Of a stretch of 64,000 bases of DNA, positions 17,701 through 28,600 are shown one piece after another. The number at the start of each line of letters is the position of its first letter. Positions within the stretch are counted from its first letter, which is position 1. This DNA is from Macrostomum lignano (lineage: Eukaryota), in contig NIVC01000592.1 of assembly GCA_002269645.1 (NCBI GenBank), positions 1 through 64,000 on the forward strand. The letters run 5' to 3'. The notes below the pieces were generated by a model. That model searched no databases, was not told the DNA's origin, and saw nothing but the letters and a program-made list of their open reading frames with translations. Made by a program: the position numbers and the translations under genes.

Positions 17701-20700
17701 TGCAGGGAGGGTGAAGATGCAGGGAGGGTGAAGATGCAGGGAGGGTGGAGATGCTGAGAGGGTGGAGATGCAGAGAGGGTGGAGATGCAGAGAGGGTGGA
17801 ATGTAGGGAGGGTGGAGATTTAAGGAGAGTGGAAAGATTAAAGACACGAATATCCTCACCTGCACCAGGTGGCAAAGCTGTTGCCACTCAGACTGCACGC
17901 TGCCGACGGCCTCGGCGCAGCGGCTGGACGGGCCCAGCTCGTTGACGCCCAGGTGGACGCAGGGCGGGCAGGTCCGGACGCGGCGCTCCGGCGGGTCAAG
18001 CGGGCAGCCGCTGAGGCGCCACTCGCGCACCAGAGCCACCAGGGAGGCGCGGGGCGGCGGCACGCGGAAGTTGACAGGCGGCTGGTACTGGCCAGACCGG
18101 TACAGCCGCAGTGTCAGCGACTGCACCAGGGAGCTGGCGTGGGCGGCGGCCTCCGCGCTGATACCCGGCGGCGTAGGCAGACTGTGGGCGGAGTTTCGCG
18201 GCAATTTTACTAGTAGATGGACATTGAAGGGAGGTTCCTAATTTCCTCTCTGGCTTCCCTAATTGCCTCTCTGGCTTCCCTAATTCCCTCTCTGGCTTCC
18301 TTAGTTACCTCTGGCTTCCTTAATTCCCTCTCTGGCTTCCCTAATTCCCCTCAGCCTTCCCCAATTCCCTTTCTGACTTCGATATTTCCCTCTCTGGCTT
18401 CCTTAGTCTCCCCTCAGACTTTCCCAATTACCTCTGGCTACCCTAATTCCCTCTCTGGCTACCCTAATTCCCTCACTGGCTTCCCTAATTCCCTCTCTGG
18501 CTACCCTAATTCCCTCTCTGGCTTCCCTAATTCCCTCTCTGGCTTCCTTAGTTACCTCTGGCTTCCCTAATTCCCTCTGGCTTCCTTAATTCTCTCTCTG
18601 GCTTCTCTAATTCCTTCTCCGGCTTCCTTAACCGTTTTGCATATTTAACACTCTCTCAGGCTCTCGGAACCCGTCTCAGGCCTTGATAACAATATTATGA
18701 TGATCCAACAGCAGGCACCCCACCTGTGCAACGTGAGCGCGCTCATCCCAGCCGAGTCCGGCGCGAACTCCCTGTGAGGCAGGCCGGATCTGGCCAGCTC
18801 GCACATCACTTGGTGCAGCAGGTGGTCCTCTTCGATCAAATCCACATAGTCCGTAAGCCAGGCGGCCCGCAGCAGGCTGAACTGGTCCGGCCGCGGCGCG
18901 CTGAGCAGCTTTGTCCGTCGGCGGCGGGCCAGGACGGCCAGCGGATCCGAGGCAGACGGATCTGTCCGGCTAGGCAGCGACAAGTCTGGCGGCCGCATCG
19001 GACAGATCTTGGCCGGCCGGATATAGTAGCCAGCGTGGGCGGAGCCGGTCACGTAGAAGCAGGCAAAGCTGGGATTGAGGCCGCCAGTGGGCACCAGGGC
19101 CAGGTAGTTGTTCTGGTAGCGGTGCAGCTGCACAAAGCAGGCGTGCTGTGCCGGCCCGATTACGCTGGCTAGGGCGGACGGCAGCGGCTTGGCGGTCGGC
19201 AGGCTGGAGGCGACCCGGCGATCGGGGAACAGGGTGCGGACGCGGCGGCAGAGAAGCCAAGCACGGAGGCCGGCCAAAGCCAGGGCGACCCGGCGAAGAG
19301 ACGGCTGATCTTCGTTGAGACGGTCCTCCAGCTCGGCCACGTGCGGACATGGCCGGCCACCGGACGCGGGCAGCCGGACAGAGTAGAGGCCGCGATAGGC
19401 GTTGACGCCGATTGACAGGCGCTCGTGAGTGGCGGCCGGCTGCAGCAGGCTAAGGGTGAGCGACTCGGCCGATCTCGCGGGCGGCTCGGCCACCAGCAGG
19501 GCCAGCAGTTTGTAGGCGCGGTACAGCAGGTCGCGGCACCGGCACTGGATGGTCCGGTCTAGGAGGCGCTCCAGCGACAGCTCGTCCGACCGGATGCAGC
19601 GGCCGATGGAGGTGGCGTCGCTGTATTGGTTGTGGGTGGGGAGAGCATTGGCTTCAGCAGTGAGTGACTGCCTGTCTTTTGATTGTCATACTGACAGGTC
19701 AGAATTGTCACACTGACAGGTCAGAATTGTCACACTGACAGGTCAGAATTGTCACACTGACAGGTCAGAATTGTCACACTGACAGGTCAGAATTGTCACA
19801 CTGACAGGTCAGAATTGTCACACTGACAGGTCAGAATTGTCACACTGACAGGTCAGAATTGTCACACTGACAGGTCAGAATTGTCACACTGACAGGTCAG
19901 AATTGTCACACTGACAGGTCAGAATTATCACACTGACAGGTCAGAATTGTCACACTGACAGGTCAGAATTGTCACACTGACAGGTCAGAATTGTCACACT
20001 GACAGGTCAGTGTTGACACACTGTAGTCAGTTGTGAAGATGGGTGTCCAGACAGCCCATTCTCACCTGTCCGGCAGGTCAGGGAAGTGGGTGACGCAGAT
20101 GGGCCGCCTGGCATCAAGGGGATCGGTGTGCAGGCGGAGGCCGTGCCCGCGCACCCGGTAGCCGGCGGTCGCGGGCCGGCGCAGGTCGCGCCAGTAGACC
20201 AACTGCAGCGAACTGCCGGCCGTGTACTTTTCAACCGCTAGCAGGTCGCCGAATCGCAGGCGAATCAATCGGCAGGCCTGCTCGTACAGCAGGTCGAGCT
20301 GCAGGAACGTGCAGAACGAATGCAGCATGTCGTACAGGTGCACAAGAGGCGGCCTGGGGTCGAAGTCCTTGCTGATGATGCGGTCCTGGCAGCGCTGATG
20401 AAGCCACTGCATCTGCAGAGGATGCACCAGCGGCTTGCCTCGGCCAGTGTGCAGGTCGCGCAGCAAGCACTTGATGTTGAGAATGCGCCACGGGTTGCTG
20501 AGCGAGTCGGACATCAGCGTCAGCGAGACGGAGAACTCGTGCGGCACAGTCAGCACTGCCCGGCCGTTGTACACCTGCGGGACAGGTGAAAATGACATGT
20601 TAAACTAAAAAAGTTAACTTGGACCATTCGAAGGTCATTGGAAGGTCACTGCAGTACCTTAATCTGCCGCATAGCCGTGGGAATCTCGGTAATAGTTAAC

Positions 20701-21207
20701 CGATACAAGATGAGGCAATCCAGCTGCTCCAGGCACTCGCGCTGCTCCCAGGGTTTGATTGGCGCCGGCGGGATGCCAGCCAGGCGTTTAACGCAGGCCG
20801 GCAGCCTGGTGTAGGTGTGCTGGGTGAACACGTCCACGGCCATGATGGTGGCGAAGGGCGGCAGGCGAGCGCTGGTCAGGGCGCCCTTGGCGAGCTCCAT
20901 GAGCCAGTTGGCAGTGCCGAACATCAGGCCGCTCTGCTCCTCCAAGTAGGCGATGATCTGGTCGCACTGGTCCACCCTGCCGGCCCCGCTGGCCCACTTC
21001 ACCAGGGCCAGCAGGCGGATGAGGGTGTAGCGCACCCGGCTCAGGTACTTCACCAATTCAATCTTTCTCTCCATGTCATTCTTGCTGTGCAGCAGTTCGC
21101 TCAACAGGTTCAGATCGGTGTAGGCTTTCTGGCAGGTGAACTCGATGACCCGGGCCAGCGGTATCATGTCCTGCCGGACTGGAGGCTGCAGCATCATCAT
21201 CTGCTGC

Positions 21208-21239
<32 letters not shown>

Positions 21240-21335
21240 CTGAAGCTGCAACTGCTGCTGGGGCGACATGGACATTGTCATAGCATGTGGACCCGGCGGC
21301 GGGCCCTGGTGCATTTGCGGATGATGCGGATACAT
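14787..21335 (-). CDS. MED14: Mediator subunit 14; 6 exons: 21335-20658, 20574-20066, 19620-18724, 18181-17860, 17111-16488, 15452-14787; ~1231 aa, N-terminal polyQ
   Basis: IPLARVIEFTCQKAYTDL..LSELL...DMERKIELVKYL...R...RLLALVKWA is the MED14 N-terminus. Downstream exons follow the known MED14 layout (LSLERLL, PPY..., LYFSLLLT, ILYD, ECS). Junction phases give one continuous frame. Confidence 0.92.
15765..16262. repeat. 23-bp minisatellite (gtaggatagggctctcaacggga), MED14 intron 5
   Basis: Read directly. Confidence 0.95.
17190..17820. repeat. 17-bp minisatellite (ggagatgcagggagggt), MED14 intron 4
   Basis: Read directly. Confidence 0.95.
18240..18630. repeat. 21-bp minisatellite (ccctaattccctctctggctt), MED14 intron 3
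   Basis: Read directly. Confidence 0.9.
19690..20008. repeat. 22-bp minisatellite (ggtcagaattgtcacactgaca), MED14 intron 2
   Basis: Near-perfect tandem units. Confidence 0.95.
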
Positions 21336-21879
21336 GTTGGCCCGCTGCAGAAATTAGTGCACAAATTGGTCAATCAGACTGAAAGCAACTAGCAGTAAAA
21401 TAGATGCACCGATTATGTACAATAATGTATGGAAGCAATACATTGTGATTTTTGTAACACAGTGTGTGTCATTTAACACCTATATTTTTCTAAGCCAGAT
21501 GCCACTAAAAAAAGAGCCAAATATTCTGTAATCCATATTTATCAATAATTTTACAATTATAGCGCTTCTTGGGTTTTTCAAGACTTCAAAGTCTTATTCA
21601 ATTGTCAAATTCAAGCAATGTATGAACACAGAGCCTGCATAGAAGCAACGCAAAGTCAGCCATTAATGAGCGCATTGCATGACCCCTCCCCTCATATAAA
21701 GATAAAAGTATTTGCTTGTTATTGATTTTATTCTATCAAGTCTTCACTCAGGTCTATGAAGTGTTTATATGCCCTCTAGACCTGTGTTCACCTCTTTGCT
21801 GCTGCCAAGTGGCTATCTGCTTGCAGCCTCATCATCTGCTACTCCCCTTTGTTGTAGGGCTAGATAAGTATTAGTAAAA

Positions 21880-22680
21880 CTCCTAGCCCATCCACTTCTA
21901 CTCTGGAATGTTTCCATACCCAAGGGTTGTTATTCTTAGCCCTCCCTCATATTAATAAAATGCCTTATTAAATTAAATATATCTAGTCATTCTAATATGA
22001 TAACTCTGTGTATATAACCATAATTTGTTTTTTTAGAAAATAGAAATTAGCTAGACTTTAGGTTTTTGAACATTGTCATCAACAAAACTCTGCTGACTGC
22101 TATTTTTAGTCTAAAAATAATAGAATAAAAAATCTAACCATAGACAAAAATATTGGATACAGAAGCTAAGGCTAGAATGGCCAGCAAGGGTTATTAAGAA
22201 AGTGTCTAGTGCAAACTATCACAGTAATAAAGCATGTTGACAAAATGAACAAAATGATAAGTAAAATTGTGCATACCAACAACTTATAGAAAGTGCCCAA
22301 GTGGCCAGAGTATTGTAGTGCTAGGGGCATACCTACTTGTGCAAATAGAGTTAAGACAAGAGCCACCTAAGCTAGAAGCTGAGTCAGAGATTAAGGAAGA
22401 GAAGTTTTTCTAATGTTACAGTTGTGCTTTATTCTTAACATGAGATAGTGTGGCTGGTAGCACCAGTTGTGTCAATAGCTTAAGTAACACTAGCCATCTC
22501 CATATAGGCTACATAAGTGTCAGGGTGTGCCCTTAGCATATTATAGAAATCCTATGCTATATTGTTGATTTGTATACAAGGGGTTTGCAAGGTAGATATG
22601 ATGCCCAGATGCATTTCTTATACCAACTTGCATTTATATCATGCTTCATATAACTGTACATTCATATATTTAATATATAA
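21880..22680 (+). mobile_element. Possible heavily decayed CR1/L2-like reverse transcriptase remnant
   Basis: cccaagggttgttattcttagccct...attaataaaatgcc...tatgataactctg faintly recalls the PQGS.LGP...IN...YADD motifs. No intact frame. Confidence 0.3.
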
Positions 22681-23149
22681 TAGCAGCAGGTTCTTTGCTA
22701 GCTTAGCTTAAAAGTTTGAGAGAGCACCATACACTGTTTTTTGTGAGCTTCTTAGATGTGGCTGCTTGTGTCATTGACCTTCTTTGTATTATCTGTGTCC
22801 ACACTACTATGTATGGTAAAAAGCCAAAGGTCACAATTCTTAATAAACAATAAAAATATATATGTACTTTTTGCCTATTTTGATCATTTTTGATCATTTG
22901 TTTGATAAGCATTTGAGTGCATTGTGTTGGCTATGTGGTGTTTTGAGTTGTGTGAGCCAAACTATAGACAATAAAACCCTATTTATATTTCTTTTATAAT
23001 TTTTAAAAACTATATCTACAATCTATTTAGTAATTTATATTTACTTGCTTGCAAGCTAAATAAACTTTATTTTACTATGTTTTAAAAGCACTCATTTTGT
23101 CTGCCAATAGGCAAACTGACCATGCATTGCATAGATGAACAAATGACAA

Positions 23150-23960
23150 AAGGTGTCCAACTGTCTGTTGCAAATTTGGGAATTTACTAGTTTCACATTG
23201 TGGCTAGAGTCAAGGCTAGGTTCAACTTGAAAATTGCGACTTCCAAGCAATGATTTTTTACAACTTTATGCGCAGTTTAATGAGGCAGCAGTGCTATGAG
23301 CAGCTTGCAACCACTTTCGGGTATCAGGCTCTATCCCTGACCACAGTCAAGAACTGGTATTGGGAGTTTACCAGTGGCCAGATGAGCCTGTCCAACGAGG
23401 AGTGAAGCAGCCAATCAGTCACTGCTGTGATGCCAGAGAACGTAGAGCAGATGGAGTAGCTATTGCTGGCAGATTGCCAAATAACCACAGCACAGCTTCA
23501 GGAGGCTCTGGACATTGGGGCTGGCCAGGTGCAAAGCATCCTACACTAACAATTGCATGTCTGGAAGCTCTGTGCCCAATGGGTGCCTCATTCACTCACA
23601 AAGCCGCAGAAGGCAGCTTGCATACAGTGGTGCCATCAGATGCTCACTGACTTGATGGAGACACTAGTCGTGACATTCTGGACATTGTCACAGGCAATGA
23701 GACATGAATCTAATAGTTTGATCCAGAAACAAAGTGCCAGTTAGCCATCTGGTGCTTCGAGGGCGAGTCATCACCTTCAAAGTCACAGAGGTCACGGAGG
23801 GCTAGCAAGAAGATGGTGGCAACTTTTTTCTCAAAAACTGGTCACATCACCACAGTGGCGCTGGAAGATCAACGGACATTTACAGTGCAGTGGTACATCA
23901 GTGTCTGTCTACCACAGGTGCTGCAGCAGTGGCAACAAAAGTATCAAGGACAGCCACTGT
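23150..23960 (+). mobile_element. Degenerate mariner (Tc1/mariner) transposase
   Basis: KLCAQWVPHSLTKPQK (WVPHEL motif), N-terminal HTH-like TVKNWYWEF, and KKMVATFFSKTG..T..LEDQRT. Multiple stops and frameshifts. Confidence 0.85.
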
Positions 23961-26794
23961 GGCATTGCAAAGGATGGAAAAAATTTTTTTATCAATACTT
24001 GTAGATCCCAAAAGCAAGGTCAGAATGAGCTGATTTTGCACAGATAACTTTTACCCCATTCAGGCTTTCATTGGATTACATTGTTACCGAATTCTCCCAG
24101 GAGAAGTTGACTAAAGGTGCATTGTCAAAATTGAACCAGAGTTTGTCAAAATTGAAGCTTGATCAGTCAATATTGATTGTAGATTTCGAATGCCCAACCA
24201 TAGATTGTCAATATTGAAGAGGAGTTTGTCAGTTTCGAAGTTCTCCTTGTTCAAAATCAAGGGTAAAATGGTATAGTTTGCGATTAGTGACATAAAGAAT
24301 TTAAAGTTAACTAAAAAGTAAAATTTTGTGGTTCCCTTTTGGTGTCCAAGGTGGAGCCCTTAATCTGTAGTGTTAGTCTATATGGTGGTTTATCTCAATC
24401 TGTGGTGAAGCCCCCAATATGTACTATTAGTGATCTATGGTGGTTTATGGAATGTATGGAAAACAAAATATATGGAATAGATGCATGGATATGGAATATA
24501 TTTATATATTCGCAAGGCATGAATTCTGAAGCCGGAATAACTGCACCAGGCTGTGTTATGTGTTTTCCATTTTTTATCTCTTATTAATTATCAATTTTAT
24601 ACTGCCAAATCTATCTCTGTGTCTATAGAGATCCGGCTTTTTATCTGGATATTCACCTAGTATTTCATCTTGCACTGCCAATCTGGATTTGATCTGGTTT
24701 GTTATCCACATATATTTGCTAAAAACCAGAGGGAAACCAGAGATTTTTCTGGATGTACCCTAGGAGCTAGACCTAGATAAAAGTACTTAAAATTCACACT
24801 TTTATCCAGAATGTTAACAATTCATTCAGCTTTTGTCTAGCATTTTAAATGGACATTTTATATTATAAACCAGATGAAAATCTAGAATTGTGCCTAGAGA
24901 AATTGCTAGATGATTGGGCTAGGTGGGCATTATGGCATGGTATATAGCAAATGATAGATTGACATTAAAGTAATATATGAATTTTTTTGAAAAAAAATAT
25001 ATTAAAAAACCTATTAAAAATGTATACATATGGGCTATAATGTTAGATTTGTTTTCATCAAAGCTTATATTGATAAAAATGCATTGGTTCAAAGCATTCT
25101 AGCATGCACTGAGTGTGATCTAGATTATGGAGTTAAGCAAATGTTTTATGAAGATCATTATGGCCATTATTGCAAATAGTATCTAGCATAGATTGGTCCT
25201 CAATAGTGCAGCTATGTAGATGTGGCAATGTTGCAGTTTTTTTGTGTAATTATTTTTACTTTTGAATATGTGCCAATGTGTCACGGAGGGTTTAAATTCG
25301 TGTTGACTTATCATGCCACGCCACGTCATCCTAAAAGGCCATAGACACTTTTGGGCAAGTTTTAGTGAGGGGTGAAGGCAGCAATATTTTACACTGCTCA
25401 AGATTTCCCAACCTAGAATTGCTTAAGATATACAATATTTTGCAAGTCATGGCAGGATGTCCAGCTGCACAATCATTTACGATCCCACCTGCTAAGGTTG
25501 TACCTGCTGCTGAGCTACTGAATCTGATAGATGGCACATTCCCTTTGCACTACATGTATGATATGACTCGCAACACAGTATCAATGATTCGTTGGCTAGC
25601 TAAGTTCCACCTGCTGGCTAATCTTTGGTACAGTACTGTATTGGATTGCCCATTATTATCCCCTATGAGGATTTGAGTTCTGAGACTTGTTTTGAGTGAT
25701 TTTTGAGGATTCAGTGATTAAGGAGCAATGTTATAGTCCTATTAATGTTCACTTGTTTGATTGTTCATGACATTGGTGCGTATTCAAAAGTAAAAATAAT
25801 TATGCGAAACAAACTGCAACATTGCCATAGATGCAAGTATATAGTCTAGCATATTAATATAGTTTAATACAAGAAAGGGGATATCTACCACAGTTTAAAC
25901 TTGGCTATAGTAGGGATTAAATGCAATCCTAAAATCCTAAACAAATCTATCACTAGGCCTAGGCCAAGATAATCTGTCACTACTTTGTCTATTGCCAAAT
26001 CATTTGTCCTATATATCCTAGGCCTAGCCCTATAATCCAGATCATACTACGTGTACACCTAAACAAAAATTAAATAATTACAAATGCACTCTGAAAAAAT
26101 GAATGTATGCCCATTCTCAAAACTATGCTAGTTTTGCAATAATAAATGACATTTTTTATAATCACAACAATTAAATACTTTTTTAAATTGCATTATAGAC
26201 CCTTTTTAAAGAAATAATTAGGTTAATTTTTCTGCTTTTTTGATTATACTAAGCATATTCATAATTGAGAATGCATAGGGCCTATATGCAAAGATTTGTT
26301 TAAATGCTTTTTTATAAGCTTAAAAAAACTAGAAAGCTTGAAATTTACACTTTAAAATGAACTTTTTTTATATTTTTTCTATTTTACAATAACTCTCATG
26401 TGATTCTATGATTAGGCCTATGAAGTGCATGCCAGGTATGCACACACATATTTTCTTAGGAGTGGTACATGCCAGCTGTACATACCTACTTTTGGCATAC
26501 AAGGCCAATACATGCCCAAATTTTTGGGCATATACTACAAGATCAAGAGTATAGGCCTAGCCTAGTTCTCAGTTGTCACTATCTGTTCTATTATATTAGG
26601 CCTAGTATTACCATAAATATTTAAATAGGGCCCTATTGAACAAATTATTTTTCAATTTAGGCAATCCTTTGGTTTCTTGCTCTAAATTATTTAAATATCT
26701 TTTTTGGACTTTTTAGCTATTGCCAGCCAGTATGGCTGGCCAACCTCCAACGCCACAACCACAATCTATCGTCCCTGCAGCTGAAGTCCCCAAC

Positions 26795-26945
26795 AACCTA
26801 GCGGCTCACACAAATACTATAGAGCGAATGTGGGGCTACTGCAAAGTCACATTCCAATCTATGGCTATGCATGGAACCAGCAACAAGTTATTCAAAACAT
26901 ACCTTGTACCTCCAGGAGTTCATGTGGCGACAAGCTTTTTCCCAT
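26795..26945 (+). mobile_element. Merlin/ISXO2-type transposase remnant
   Basis: HTNTIERMWGYCK....MHGTS.KLF.TYL then EFMWRQ in a shifted frame. Homologous to 60384-60641. Confidence 0.7.
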
Positions 26946-28600
26946 AACACTTCAGCAATATCCTCTACTGGATAAGACACTACTACCCTGTGTAGAACTC
27001 TGTGAGCTTGTTGGACTCTGAAAAGTTCAAAAAGGGGTTTAAATAATTAAGAGTAGGAAACCGAAGGATCGCCCGTGACGAAGAAAGAATTGAATACTAC
27101 TTAAGTGACTTTAAGCCTAGCCCTAGGGCTATCACAGTAGTCAGTAAGTATCAATACAATAGAACTATGCTTATCTAATCATTTAGTTTAGGCTTAAGTT
27201 AAGGCATAAATAAATAAAATTTTAAACACAATCAATTGAACAGCTTCTCGTTTTTTCTGCAGAATTCTTGAGTGCAATGCTTCAATTGTAAATATAAAAA
27301 ATCGCTGGATAATATTACAATTGTACAGTCGAGACGACTCGAGAGTAAGACGTGCAAGGTAATCCTTGGGTGGTGGATATTTGTTCTCTGAAGCCCCTGC
27401 TTGTCTTAAAACGAATTTCAAAGAAACCCTTTGAAACAAAGTGACCAACTTTAGCTTCGTGTGATTCTTTTCGTGCGACGTGCAAGTAAAATTCTAGCTT
27501 CAACAGGAAACATTTTTTTAAATAAACTGTTAAAAGCAACTATTATTTACCTTATATATACACTATAAATGAAGCGTAAAACCTGTTATAATACGTATTT
27601 TTATTTCAAAGCCGGAAGTTTTTACCCTTTAAGCTTGATAGAAATCGCGAGTATATAAATATGAAGTTTTACGTTTTATCATAGTTTAAAGAAAAGTGAC
27701 GTATTTTAGACAACTCGCGTCAAACGTGTATAAAGCTTAAAAAATGTTGAAAGGCGACTTCTCAGCGAGACTGGAACTGTAAAACGAACACACATCTGCC
27801 GCTGAAGATGAAAATAAAAAGCTGTGAGAAACGCAACAACTGTTTTTATCGTATTTTGTAAATATGCCCATAAAAATCACATGTATGCATATAAGATATT
27901 CTCTAACTCAGTTTACAACATTTAAAACGGTGAGAACAATCAGATTGTAATATTTATATCGAATTACATATAGACCTTAATATATATATTAACCCTCGTT
28001 GCTCTAAGGTTGGCGCAGCACTGGTAGGGCTGTCATCGAAACAATATGTGCGTATAAGCAATCGCTTACCGCACAACAGGACCACCTTTTAAAATTGTGA
28101 CTGCTACTTGGATTTCTAGTGGAAATTAAGTCAAAATAAAAAACAATTTATTATAACCTTTGCTTTCCCGTCCTTCCGATTCGATCTTTTGCAAAGAGAT
28201 TCGACATTGTGCTTCTGGCTGACCATTTCCCCACCAAGTGTTTTGTACTAGCCACCCCTTACGTAATAAAATCCTATATGATGAGGACGCACCTTTTTTC
28301 AATCTTAGAACTGCACTTTTTGCTTTGATGCGCTTTTCCCCTACTGTCAGTAGGCTAGTTTGGGAATTTCTCTCCGTTCTCTCACCTAGGCAAAGTTCTA
28401 TACTAATGTATAACATTACTATTAATTATCTTAGATACTCAATGTACTTCTCTTAGGATTCTAATTTTGGATTGTTTACGCATCTTTGAAGGTCAGACTG
28501 TCTAGGTTTGAGACGGATTGACCTCTAACAGTCTAGACAGGCGACACTAAGTCTGGGAGGAATGTTTTCAACCCCATTCTGACCCACAGATTTGTGGCTT

